This document shows, one piece after another, positions 26,465 through 35,484 of a stretch of 51,329 nt of DNA (positions are counted from its first letter, which is position 1; each line of letters begins with the position of its first letter). The notes beneath the pieces are model-generated. The model was not told the DNA's origin and did no database searches. It saw only the letters and a list, made by a program, of their open reading frames with translations. The stretch is taken from sequence record DRR378314_778. One strand, 5' to 3'. The position numbers and the translations under genes were made by a program.

Positions 26465-27131
26465 GAGCTGGCCTGAAAAGTTTCCGCAGTCAGTTCCGAT
26501 TGAACGGGGGATATGCGCCCCCGTTCAGATGATCAATAGCGCGCTGCAACTTGATGAAATCCAGGATCAACAGACGTCTCTTCTTTTATGGCGCCGATCA
26601 CTCCCCCAGCAGATCCAGGACTGGATCGCCGAAGTGGTCCTGATGGAGGTTGACAATATCCGTTTTGAGACACGACCGAAAGATTTGAAGCGGCGTCTGA
26701 CAAAAGAATTCAAAGACCGATCGCTTCCTCAGACAGCGGGCGCCACCGGGTTCATTGAGGATGTGACAAATCTGGTGGCGGCCTTTGCCGGGGCGGCGAA
26801 AACTTCGATGACCCAAGTCCGGCTGAAATGGATTGACGGCGATGCCTGTTGGAAATTTCATTGGGATTATGTGACACATCGGCTGGTCACAACATATTCC
26901 GGACCCGGAACAGAATGGGTGCTGCCGATATATTCGCGCCAGGCTGTCGCCCAGCAGCAAGCCTATGCCGGTCCCCTGGAATATCTGGACGTAGGAGATG
27001 TGGCCCTGTTCAAGGGGTGTCGCAACAATTCTGAAGACGGCATTGTGCATCGGTCTCCACCCTTGTCAGGCCACAGACAAAACCGTCTGTTTCTATGTCT
27101 GAATGTGGCCCGGCAGGTGCGCTGGGGGTAA
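26454..27131 (+). CDS. DUF1826 family protein
   Basis: CWKFHWD, RLVTTYSGPGTEW, DVALFKG, VHRSPP, RLFL signature; family commonly found beside COG0523 genes. Confidence 0.85.
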   Translation: MSSESWPEKFPQSVPIERGICAPVQMINSALQLDEIQDQQTSLLLWRRSLPQQIQDWIAEVVLMEVDNIRFETRPKDLKRRLTKEFKDRSLPQTAGATGFIEDVTNLVAAFAGAAKTSMTQVRLKWIDGDACWKFHWDYVTHRLVTTYSGPGTEWVLPIYSRQAVAQQQAYAGPLEYLDVGDVALFKGCRNNSEDGIVHRSPPLSGHRQNRLFLCLNVARQVRWG

Positions 27132-27144
27132 CCGGTGGCCTGCG

Positions 27145-27969
27145 TTAATCGACTAGCTTCCCATCTGCACCGAAGAACGGATGGGGACCTTCGAACTGAC
27201 CGATAAAACTGATATGGCTCCGCAATGTCAGATCCGTTTCATCGATCTGAAAAATGCGCAGCCCGGCTGGCTCCATCGTCCAGGTGGACGGGCCGTTCGG
27301 GGCCAGGTCCAATGTCACGGCATGGGCTGAATTGGGCGCGATACTGACCCCGATCCCATTGACTGTGGTCTCGATCGCCCTGTGAACATGACCGCAAGCC
27401 AGATGTTTGACTTGTGGAAAGTTGGCTAGCAATTCAAACAGCTCCTCCCCGTTCAAAAGATTTTGCACATCCATATGGGTAATGCCGGTTTTGATCGGGG
27501 GATGATGCAGAAACAACAGGGTTGGTTTGCTCGGCTGCGCTTTCAATGTGCTTTCAAGCCAGTTCAACCGTTCCCGGCAGAGATACCCATAGGGCTTTTC
27601 ACTGACCACCGTGTCCAACCCGATCAGCCGAAAAGGGTAATCCTCAACCACATATTGAATGAAGGTTTCACAATTTTCCAGCACAGACAGATCGGCGAAA
27701 GCAGCGCGGAAATTGTCGCGCTCATCATGGTTTCCGGGGATCGGAAACCAGGGCATTTGCAGTTCGTCCAGAACCGGACGCAGGGTTTCAAATTCTGCCG
27801 CCCGGCCCATATCCGTTAAATCGCCGGTAACCAGAACGCCGTCCACACGCGGGGCAAAGCTGTTGATATGATCAATAGCCGCCTTCAGGCAGCCAACTGT
27901 ATCGACCCGGCCATAAGCCAGCTTGCCACCGGCTTTGATATGCGGGTCGGTAATTTGGGCAAGGATCAT
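27145..27969 (-). CDS. Metallophosphoesterase, GpdQ/CpdA-like phosphodiesterase
   Basis: QITDPH, TGDLTD, PGNHD, HHPP, CGHVHR. Confidence 0.92.
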   Translation of the reverse strand: MILAQITDPHIKAGGKLAYGRVDTVGCLKAAIDHINSFAPRVDGVLVTGDLTDMGRAAEFETLRPVLDELQMPWFPIPGNHDERDNFRAAFADLSVLENCETFIQYVVEDYPFRLIGLDTVVSEKPYGYLCRERLNWLESTLKAQPSKPTLLFLHHPPIKTGITHMDVQNLLNGEELFELLANFPQVKHLACGHVHRAIETTVNGIGVSIAPNSAHAVTLDLAPNGPSTWTMEPAGLRIFQIDETDLTLRSHISFIGQFEGPHPFFGADGKLVD

Positions 27970-27983
27970 GGTATTCTGCTCCT

Positions 27984-28979
27984 TCAGGCCTGCTGACGAG
28001 GGGCGATCAGATCTGCCTCCTCTACCCGGATGTGAATATCACTACCGATTACCAGATCTTCGCGCAATGCCGTCTCCACGATGAAATCCGCGTCGGTAAT
28101 ACCACTGAGGATCAGGCGGGTCCGATCGCCGAGGAAAAAGGATCCGGTGAGGGTGCCCTTGTGGGTGGCTTCAGACGCCTGCACAATCCGGATATTTTCC
28201 GGACGGCACAGCTTGTCCGTTCCGGGTAGCGCATTGATAGTGCCAATAAAGTCGGCAACGAAATTGGAAACGGGTCGGTAGTAGATATCCCGGGGAGAGC
28301 CAATCTGTTCAATCTGTCCTTTGCTCATCACCACAATCCGGTCCCCCAGTGCCATGGCTTCTGCCTGATCATGGGTAACGTAAATGGCGGTGATGTTGAG
28401 ACTGCGGAGCAAACTATCAATTTCCATCCGCAACCGATCTCGGAGCAAGGCATCCAATGCGGTCAATGGCTCATCCAGCAGAAGAATTCTGGGCCGCACC
28501 GCAATGGCTCGGGCCAGTGCTACCCGCTGACGCTGACCACCAGATAGCTGATCGACACGCCGATCTGCAAGGTCAGTGATCTGCATCATGTCGAGCATTT
28601 CATCCACCCGCTGACGGATCATGTCTTTGGGCTCTTTGCGCACCTTCAGGCCGTATCCCACATTCTCGGCCACGGTCATGTTGGGAAACAGGGCATAGGA
28701 CTGAAAGACCATCCCCACATTACGATGCTCAATGGTTTTGGGCGTTACATCCTCGCCATTAAAGAGGATCTGGCCGCCTTTATCCGGCTCTTCCAGCCCG
28801 GCGATAATCCGCAGCAATGTCGTCTTGCCGCATCCGGACGGGCCGAGCAGGACAACTGTCTCCCCGCCTTCGATTTCCAGATTAATCGGCGTCAGCGCCT
28901 GGGTTCCATCAGCAAAGGTCTTGCCAGCATTGGCAATGGTCACGGAGGTTGTTGATGTTGTGTTTTTCATAGGTGTCAC
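27984..28979 (-). CDS. ABC ATP-binding subunit (PotA/FbpC-like)
   Basis: GPSGCGKTT, LSGGQRQR, LLDEP; GTGA overlap with the upstream permease. Confidence 0.93.
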   Translation of the reverse strand: MTPMKNTTSTTSVTIANAGKTFADGTQALTPINLEIEGGETVVLLGPSGCGKTTLLRIIAGLEEPDKGGQILFNGEDVTPKTIEHRNVGMVFQSYALFPNMTVAENVGYGLKVRKEPKDMIRQRVDEMLDMMQITDLADRRVDQLSGGQRQRVALARAIAVRPRILLLDEPLTALDALLRDRLRMEIDSLLRSLNITAIYVTHDQAEAMALGDRIVVMSKGQIEQIGSPRDIYYRPVSNFVADFIGTINALPGTDKLCRPENIRIVQASEATHKGTLTGSFFLGDRTRLILSGITDADFIVETALREDLVIGSDIHIRVEEADLIAPRQQA

Positions 28980-29803
28980 GAAGTCCTGTTAGCAAGGGCC
29001 TGTTTGGCAAATTTCTTGGTCTTTTTCGGTTTTGTACTGGAGGCGATCTGCATGGCAATCAGCAGCGGCACAATCATCACAAAGAAGACCAGGGTATAGG
29101 CGCTGGCAACCTCCAGCCGCATGGATGCGTAACTGTCAGCAAGCCCTACAGGCAAGGTTTTGGTAAGCGGGGTATGAAGCATCCAGGTCAGGTTGAATTC
29201 ACCAATCGAAAGGGTAATGACCATCAGCGCGCCCGCCAGGATCCCTGGTTTGGCATTGGGAATAATGATCTGGAAAAAGCGCTGCCAGAAACCCGCGCCG
29301 AGGCTGGCGGCCCCTTCTTCCAATTCCTTGAAATTGATGCTGGAGAGCACCGCAAGAACCGAGCGCACCATAAATGGCAGGGTATAGAGGACATGCCCGA
29401 CCAGAATAAACAGCCAACTGGCCCGAAATTCTCGAAACCCACCATAGGTCATGATAAGGGCAAGGGCGATGGCCAGCCCCGGTATGGCCACGGGTAACGT
29501 GATAAACTCTTCGATCATGCGCGCCGGGCGGCCGCCCAACCGGGCCAGAACATAGGCCATGGGAATGCCGATGACGACCGTGACCGCCAGGCAGACGATG
29601 GACAGGAACAGGGACAGGAAAATGGTGTCGGCGTAAAGCCCCCAAACCTCAATGACCCAGCGAAGGGTGAGCCCGCTTTCCAGTCCTTTAAAGAAATTGA
29701 CGGTAACCCCGGCCATGGCGGAAAGAATGACCGGCACGATCAGGAAGGCGCAGACCAGCAAGGTAAAGGCGAGCTGACAGTTAAAAAGCCATTTGCGTTT
29801 CAT
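28976..29803 (-). CDS. ABC permease
   Basis: EEGAASLGA loop and TM helices. ATG 29803 after GGGAGA; the track's 30091 start overlaps the next permease. Confidence 0.9.
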   Translation of the reverse strand: MKRKWLFNCQLAFTLLVCAFLIVPVILSAMAGVTVNFFKGLESGLTLRWVIEVWGLYADTIFLSLFLSIVCLAVTVVIGIPMAYVLARLGGRPARMIEEFITLPVAIPGLAIALALIMTYGGFREFRASWLFILVGHVLYTLPFMVRSVLAVLSSINFKELEEGAASLGAGFWQRFFQIIIPNAKPGILAGALMVITLSIGEFNLTWMLHTPLTKTLPVGLADSYASMRLEVASAYTLVFFVMIVPLLIAMQIASSTKPKKTKKFAKQALANRTS

Positions 29804-29814
29804 TTGAATCTCCC

Positions 29815-30636
29815 TTAGCCGGATGCTGCAACAGTGGAGCCGGACAGGCTTCGGGCGATAAACAGGGCCACCCAGGTAATCAGTCCAAGCAGGATAGAAA
29901 GGCTTGCGGCCCCGGCAAAATTGGCGTTCAGGGTAAACTCCGTATAGATGGTCATGGGCAGCACATCGATGTTGGTGGCCAGGGTAAAGGCTGTTCCAAA
30001 AGCGCCCATGGAGGTAGCAAAACAAATCGCGCCGGAGGCGATCAAACCGGGCCGAAGGGCGGGCAACAGAATATCGCAAATAACCCGCCACTGAGACGCG
30101 CCCAAGGAGCGGGCTGCTTCTTCCAGCGATAGATCCAGTTTTTCTGCCGTTGCCATGATGGTCAGCATCACCCGGGGGATGGAGAAATACAGATATCCCA
30201 AAAAGAGCCCGGCCATGGAATAGGCAAGCACCAGTTTATCTCCGGTCAGGCTTTTGGTGACGGTACCAATCAATCCTTGCCGCCCGGCCAGCAGAATAAT
30301 CAGAAAGCCGATGACAACCCCCGGAAAGGCAAGCGGGAAGGTGAGGAGAGAGATAAGTGTTTCCCGGCCCCAGAACTGGTTTCGCACCAGAAATAGTCCG
30401 ACAACGGTTGAAATTGCGATGGCAACCAACGTCACAAAGGCCGATAGCAGCACAGTCGCGATCATGCTTTCCAGATGTCGGGGGGTGGTGAAAATGGAGG
30501 CATAGGCGGCAATACCCTCCTCCCCGGAGGCGCCGACGATGATGAGCTGCACGATCGGAATGAGAAAAAAGGCGAGCAGGATAACAGCCGCCGGGATCGA
30601 GAGCAGGATCAGTTTTGAGAGTGTATTTTTATTCAT
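29815..30636 (-). CDS. ABC permease
   Basis: EEAARSLGA loop, six hydrophobic segments. Confidence 0.92.
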   Translation of the reverse strand: MNKNTLSKLILLSIPAAVILLAFFLIPIVQLIIVGASGEEGIAAYASIFTTPRHLESMIATVLLSAFVTLVAIAISTVVGLFLVRNQFWGRETLISLLTFPLAFPGVVIGFLIILLAGRQGLIGTVTKSLTGDKLVLAYSMAGLFLGYLYFSIPRVMLTIMATAEKLDLSLEEAARSLGASQWRVICDILLPALRPGLIASGAICFATSMGAFGTAFTLATNIDVLPMTIYTEFTLNANFAGAASLSILLGLITWVALFIARSLSGSTVAASG

Positions 30637-30654
30637 TTTTCACTTGGTATATGT

Positions 30655-30686
30655 GGGGGCAAAAGAGATCGATTTCTTTTACCCCC
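30655..30686 (-). terminator. Intercistronic stem-loop after the SBP gene
   Basis: GGGGGCAAAAGA...TCTTTTACCCCC inverted repeat. Confidence 0.5.
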
Positions 30687-30697
30687 GTGGGAGACAC

Positions 30698-31711
30698 TTA
30701 ACGAACTTCGCTTAAGTAGCGTTGTTTGAAGTCGTTCTGAACGGCTGCCATCTTGGAATAATCAACTGGCGTGGCGCGGGCATAATCACTTGCCGGCAGG
30801 AATTTCTTTGCTGCTTCTGCAGACAGTGCCGAGGCCCGAACCGGACGAAGATAGGCATTGGCCCAGACCTTCTGGCCGTCATCAGACATGATGAAGTCGA
30901 GGATTTTTTTCCCTTTTTCAGGGTTCGGACCGTTTTTCACCAGGCTCATGACGTAAGGAACAACCACGGTTCCTTCAGACGGAATGACAAATTGAACATT
31001 GGCTTTGTCTTTATGCTTGCCGCGATAGGCGTTGAAATCATAATCCAGCAGGATCGGGATCTCACCAGAAATAACCCGGGCGTAGGAGGTTTGCTTGGGA
31101 ACGATTGGATCGTTTTTCGCCAGTTCCTTAAAGTAGTTAATACCCGGTGTGAAATCATCCAGTGATCCGCCAACAGCACGGTTCACGGCAACCGCACCCG
31201 CATAGCCAACAAACGCAGAGGTTGGATCCAGATATCCCACCATGCCTTTATATTCTGGTTTTAGAAGATCGGCCCAGGACGTTGGAACAGGGGCACCTTC
31301 AAGAGCGTCCACATTAACGAAAAAGCCAAGTGTGCCGGAATGAATGGTAAACCACTTGCCGCTTGGATCTTTCAGGCCTTCTGGGATCTCATCAAAATGA
31401 GCTGGTTTATAGGGCTCAACCACCCCTTTTTCACCAGCCTGGATGCCAAAGGACACACCATAATAGGCGACGTCGGCAACCGGGCTGGCTTGCTCGGCCA
31501 GAAGTTGGGAGAGGGTCTGGCCAGAGTTTTTGTTGTCATGCGGGATTTCGTATCCCAGTTTCTCTTTAATCAGCTCTAGCTGGGATGCCCAGTCGGCCCA
31601 TTGCGGCGGACAATTGTAGCAGATTGCATCTGCAGCTTGAACTTGAGCGGTACCTGCGCTAACCATTAGGGCAGCGCCAAAAAAGGCAGTTTTCAGAACT
31701 TTTCTGATCAT
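30698..31711 (-). CDS. ABC substrate-binding protein (iron/thiamine/phosphonate-type class)
   Basis: Sec signal, ICYNCPPQWADW, PTSWADLLKPEYKG, IPSEG. Confidence 0.88.
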   Translation of the reverse strand: MIRKVLKTAFFGAALMVSAGTAQVQAADAICYNCPPQWADWASQLELIKEKLGYEIPHDNKNSGQTLSQLLAEQASPVADVAYYGVSFGIQAGEKGVVEPYKPAHFDEIPEGLKDPSGKWFTIHSGTLGFFVNVDALEGAPVPTSWADLLKPEYKGMVGYLDPTSAFVGYAGAVAVNRAVGGSLDDFTPGINYFKELAKNDPIVPKQTSYARVISGEIPILLDYDFNAYRGKHKDKANVQFVIPSEGTVVVPYVMSLVKNGPNPEKGKKILDFIMSDDGQKVWANAYLRPVRASALSAEAAKKFLPASDYARATPVDYSKMAAVQNDFKQRYLSEVR

Positions 31712-32769
31712 CTTGTAGGACTCCTGCGATTGGATTGGGAAAGTAATGGAGAGGCGGCGGGGGTAAGCTTGCCGGCTGGTCCCGCCGAATCTCCGTTTCT
31801 GAACGAATGTGGATGGAGCCTTTTTTCATTTGGCTCTTCTCCCGTCAGCCGGGCCAGCAGAAAGCGGGCCGCCGCTGATCCCATGTCTTGAGACGGTTGC
31901 ACAATCGTCGCAAGGCTAGGATAAAGGTGGCTTCCAACGGCAATGCCGTCAAAACCGATAACTGAGACATCTTCGGGAACGCGAAGGCCCTTCTTGCGAA
32001 GGTATCCGATCACCGAAATTGCCAATAAATCATTGGAACAAAAAAGCGCTGTAGGGGCCGTTTCCAGATCACGATACAGGCGGTCCAGATTGCCTGCCAG
32101 ATCGCGGCCTTCGTGATCCACCTCAGCAATGACCGGATCCGCCAGGCCCTTGCTTCTGGCGCCTGCGACAAAACCGTTCCGCCGGGCCAGCGCCCGATCA
32201 GATGCGGTAAAGTTTCCGGAAATCATCCCAAGCTGTGTGTGGCCAAGGCGGATAAATTCTTCCGCCACTTCCTTGCCGGCTTCCACGTTATTAACGGTGA
32301 CTGTCGGGCAGTCATCAACCGGCTGATTATAAATAAGGATAAAGGGTGTCTTTGATTTTCTTAACAGATCCAGAGCCGGGCTATTGGCTGGATCCGCCAC
32401 GGTCAGCAGCACACCATCAACCCTATTTTCCAGCAGTTTGCCAACCACAACCGCATCCTCCGCCGGATCATAATTGGTGGCGGCAAGCATGAGGGTATAG
32501 CCTTCGCTGCGGGTCACTTCGGTAATCCCGGCAACCGCATCGGCAAAAACCGGGTTGGAGATGGACGGGATGACCACGCCCAGGGTCCGGGTGGAGGCTG
32601 TCGACAGGCTACGGCCAACGGCATTAGGGCGAAACCCCAGTTCCTCAATTGCCTGGCGTACTTTTTCTGCTGTTTGCGGACGAAGCCCCGAAGCCCCGTT
32701 GACGAACCGGGATACGGTGGCGACAGATACATTTGCCCGGTTGGCAACATCGCGAATTGTCGCGGCCAT
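31708..32769 (-). CDS. LacI-family transcriptional regulator
   Basis: TIRDVANRANVSVATVSR HTH; CSNDLLA, VPEDVSVIGFD. Confidence 0.95.
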   Translation of the reverse strand: MAATIRDVANRANVSVATVSRFVNGASGLRPQTAEKVRQAIEELGFRPNAVGRSLSTASTRTLGVVIPSISNPVFADAVAGITEVTRSEGYTLMLAATNYDPAEDAVVVGKLLENRVDGVLLTVADPANSPALDLLRKSKTPFILIYNQPVDDCPTVTVNNVEAGKEVAEEFIRLGHTQLGMISGNFTASDRALARRNGFVAGARSKGLADPVIAEVDHEGRDLAGNLDRLYRDLETAPTALFCSNDLLAISVIGYLRKKGLRVPEDVSVIGFDGIAVGSHLYPSLATIVQPSQDMGSAAARFLLARLTGEEPNEKRLHPHSFRNGDSAGPAGKLTPAASPLLSQSNRRSPTR

Positions 32770-32830
32770 AGCTCCCCCTCATTCAGTAGTTTCTGTTTTT
32801 GTTGAAAGAGAGGTTACGGCTGTTTTCTGC

Positions 32831-32850
32831 AAATGTAAACGGTTACATTT
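32831..32850. promoter_or_regulatory. LacI-type operator AAATGTAAACGGTTACATTT
   Basis: 20-bp near-perfect palindrome with central CG, ~60 bp upstream of the LacI-headed operon. Confidence 0.8.
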
Positions 32851-32931
32851 TTAATTTTTTGTGACAGAAGCAAGTCGCTTTGAAGACTCAATAGCGCTCA
32901 CGGATGACAGTTTGGATGTAATTTCAGTGGG

Positions 32932-33975
32932 TTAAAAGCGCAGACCTATGGACAGAGCGCCAAAAACAGACGGTTCGCTCTGGCCGTCGAATTCTTCGGT
33001 CCGGTAGACCAGCGTATAGCTCACACGGACCCGTCCTAAAGTGACGGCAATCCCCGCGTTGGCATCGCCCACCAGATATTTTTTATCCACTGAATGGGAG
33101 TCCCTGAACGTGCTGCCATCGAGAAACAGGTTGCGTCCGACGGCCCGGCCTTCCAGTCCTGCAAACACGTACCAGCTAATGCCATTGTTTGGAACCTCGA
33201 AATAACCGGTGCCCGCAATGCCGGGCTTGACCCGCAAGGGTGTGTCCTGGCGCAGATCATCAGAGGGGCCCAGGACAAAAGTGACGCCGGCATTGGCATG
33301 GGTATGCACATTGCCAAGGGTGGCGCCGTAATACGGGGTTGTACCAACCGACAGGCCAAACAGGCTACTGGTTTCAAACAGGAAATGCCGCCGCTGCCAG
33401 GCGACAGACAGGGTTGGTTCAGTTTTTAGCTGGTTGCGCCATCCCCGGGGGGTCGGGCTGTCTGGGGTTACATGGGTATGGACAAATTTCTGGAACTGCT
33501 CCCCCAAAGAGTAGGCGCCGACGACACCCAGGGAGACTTCAAGTTCGTCCACATAATTTTCGCTGGTGGGATTGACCAGACCCATGGAAATATACGTATG
33601 CGAAGCCCACGGGCGATCATTCGGATCCTGGTTGACCTGGGTGATGTCTTCAGGTGTGTAGAGGTTGTTCCCGATGGAATAGGCAACCCCGGCCTGATCA
33701 CTGATTTCGTAAGGCAGTATCTTGTTATTCAGGGTTTCAATAAATCGAGGGACCTTGAATTTGACATCATAGGCGGCCAGGCGGACCCCGCTGGTGTAAT
33801 GCTTGTCAGTTCCGCGCCCGCCGATGGAATCATTTTCCACCACGATCGAATAAATTTTTTCAGAACTTTCAGGGGTCTCAGTGGGTTTCTTGTCTGAGGT
33901 CATTGGATCCTCTTCAGCAAAACTGACAGAGGCCAGAAGACAACAGATAAAACTGAGACTTAAAGCGGATTTCAT
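32932..33975 (-). CDS. lpxR: Lipid A 3'-O-deacylase LpxR family (DUF2219) outer-membrane enzyme
   Basis: Signal peptide from ATG 33975; END...DKHYTSG, LYTP, DRPW, QKFVH, GWRNQL, NLFLDG; C-terminal Phe. Confidence 0.85.
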   Translation of the reverse strand: MKSALSLSFICCLLASVSFAEEDPMTSDKKPTETPESSEKIYSIVVENDSIGGRGTDKHYTSGVRLAAYDVKFKVPRFIETLNNKILPYEISDQAGVAYSIGNNLYTPEDITQVNQDPNDRPWASHTYISMGLVNPTSENYVDELEVSLGVVGAYSLGEQFQKFVHTHVTPDSPTPRGWRNQLKTEPTLSVAWQRRHFLFETSSLFGLSVGTTPYYGATLGNVHTHANAGVTFVLGPSDDLRQDTPLRVKPGIAGTGYFEVPNNGISWYVFAGLEGRAVGRNLFLDGSTFRDSHSVDKKYLVGDANAGIAVTLGRVRVSYTLVYRTEEFDGQSEPSVFGALSIGLRF

Positions 33976-34137
33976 AAATATGTCCAAGGGTTCGATTAAA
34001 AAGGAAGTGGGATAGTAATATCCGAAATATGGTGAAAACACGAGTGATCTATGATGCTTTGAAGGCAGAAAAAAAGCGGAATTTGCGATTTTCCCACACC
34101 GAGAGGTCCCGATCCTGTGGAAAGGCGGGAGATGGGC

Positions 34138-34212
34138 AAAAAGACCGGTGATGCAGATACTTCCAGACTTGTGGTTAAGGTATCGGTACTCGTTACTCTT
34201 TTGCATCACCGG
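34138..34212 (-). terminator. Long hairpin with U-tail on the minus strand
   Basis: CCGGTGATGCA (34145-55) / TGCATCACCGG (34202-12) stem with inner GATAC/GTATC stem, followed by TCTTTTT on the minus strand. Confidence 0.5.
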
Positions 34213-34413
34213 CAAGTTGATTTATTATCGGTTTTGCAATTGACTGAAAGTTCGGAGCATTTTTGTGATTCTGAAGCTTGAAAAGCGCTCCCGTAACGGT
34301 GGTTCCTGCCCGAAGGTCAGGCCTCTCCCTCACAGTTTTTTCCACGGATTTCTTCTCAAGTGATCCAGTAATCTGGCCCCCGGAGGCCGCCGCCCCCAAA
34401 TTTCCTTAAGGAA
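34138..34413 (-). ncRNA. Candidate structured RNA or lpxR leader, family unknown
   Basis: Series of hairpins, including a C(UUCG)G tetraloop stem, between a sigma32-like promoter and a terminator-like hairpin. Confidence 0.3.
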
Positions 34414-34419
34414 ACCGGG

Positions 34420-34448
34420 AGATGGGGACGAGGCTTTCAGGGTTCAAG
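34420..34448 (-). promoter_or_regulatory. Sigma32 (RpoH)-type promoter CTTGAA-N15-CCCCATCT
   Basis: Both elements and the spacing match the RpoH consensus; it points toward lpxR. Confidence 0.55.
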
Positions 34449-34494
34449 GTAAAAAATGAGAAAAATCTCATAAACCTCATTTAGTATTATTTAT

Positions 34495-35484
34495 TCAGGT
34501 GAATTGACCCTGTTCGTTGACCCGTATGCAGGCCACGGAATGGGTGCCACCAATGGATTTCAGTTGGGGTGATGTTGCTCTGCAGGCATCTGTTGCGCTG
34601 GGGCATCGGCCAGCAAAACGACATCCGGACGGCAGATCGATCGGGCTTGGCGGATCGCCTTGCAGGGTGATCCGCTCCTTGCCTGCCTGACCAATTGAGT
34701 TGGCCGAGGGCACCGCCGAGATGAGCGCCTTTGTATAGGGGTGCTGGGGATTGGTGAAAATCTCCCGCTTGGAGCCGCGTTCGACGATTTGGCCAAGATA
34801 CATCACCGCTATTTCATCGCAGATATGCTGCACAACGGCCAGATCATGGCTGATGAACATATAGGTGAGTTCGTAGGTTTTTTTGAGCCGCATCAACAGA
34901 TTAAGAATTTGCGCCTGAATGGCCACATCAAGGGCCGAAACCGGTTCGTCACAGACGATCAGTTTGGGTTGTGTTGCCAGGGCCCGGGCGATCCCGATGC
35001 GTTGGCGCTGTCCGCCAGAGAACTGATGCGGGAACAGGTTGCGCTGTTCAGGTCGAAGGCCAACCGTGTCAAACAGCTCTGCCACGCGGGCGTCCCGCTC
35101 TTTGGCATTTCCCATTTTCATCAGTTTCAGTGGGCGCTCAACGATGGAGCCGACCCTTTCGCGCGGGTTGAGGGAGGCGTAGGGATCCTGAAACACGATC
35201 TGCATATCCCGCCGGGCATCGCGCAGCGCCTGCCCCTGAATATGCGTGATGTCTTTGTCCTCAAGCGTGATGGATCCGGCCGTTGCCTCTTCCAGTCGGG
35301 CACAGGCGAGCGCGGTTGTGGTCTTGCCAGAGCCGCTTTCTCCGACCAATCCAAAAGCGACGCCTTTGCGAATGGAGAAAGAAACATCGTCGACCGCATG
35401 GACGAAAGCATTGTTTTTCACCGGAAAATAAACTTTTAGGTTTTCCACCTTCAGAAGAGGCGCGTCTTCTTTCAACTCTGTCAT
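34495..35484 (-). CDS. Peptide/nickel ABC ATP-binding subunit (OppF/DppF-like)
   Basis: GESGSGKTT, FSGGQRQR, CDEPVSALD, HPYT, GCRFAGRC...VAC. Confidence 0.93.
   Translation of the reverse strand: MTELKEDAPLLKVENLKVYFPVKNNAFVHAVDDVSFSIRKGVAFGLVGESGSGKTTTALACARLEEATAGSITLEDKDITHIQGQALRDARRDMQIVFQDPYASLNPRERVGSIVERPLKLMKMGNAKERDARVAELFDTVGLRPEQRNLFPHQFSGGQRQRIGIARALATQPKLIVCDEPVSALDVAIQAQILNLLMRLKKTYELTYMFISHDLAVVQHICDEIAVMYLGQIVERGSKREIFTNPQHPYTKALISAVPSANSIGQAGKERITLQGDPPSPIDLPSGCRFAGRCPSATDACRATSPQLKSIGGTHSVACIRVNEQGQFT

Noticed and set aside
33976-34215. 80-aa N-terminal extension of LpxR in the ORF track
   Set aside because: The signal peptide starts at ATG 33975, and the extension runs through the hairpin region. 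Similar over-extensions were trimmed at 1820, 7395, 30091, 40714, 43869 and 50015.
34361-34386. TPP-riboswitch-like fragment TGATCCAGTAATCTGG
   Set aside because: Lacks the CTGAGA and ACCTG core, and no gene lies downstream on that strand.
34360-34400. Resemblance to a tmRNA 5' end on the minus strand (GGGGCCAGATTACTGGAT) with a downstream GCA-AAA frame
   Set aside because: No T-arm or CCA end, and the frame reads AKPIINQLAGDAKE rather than an AND...AA tag.
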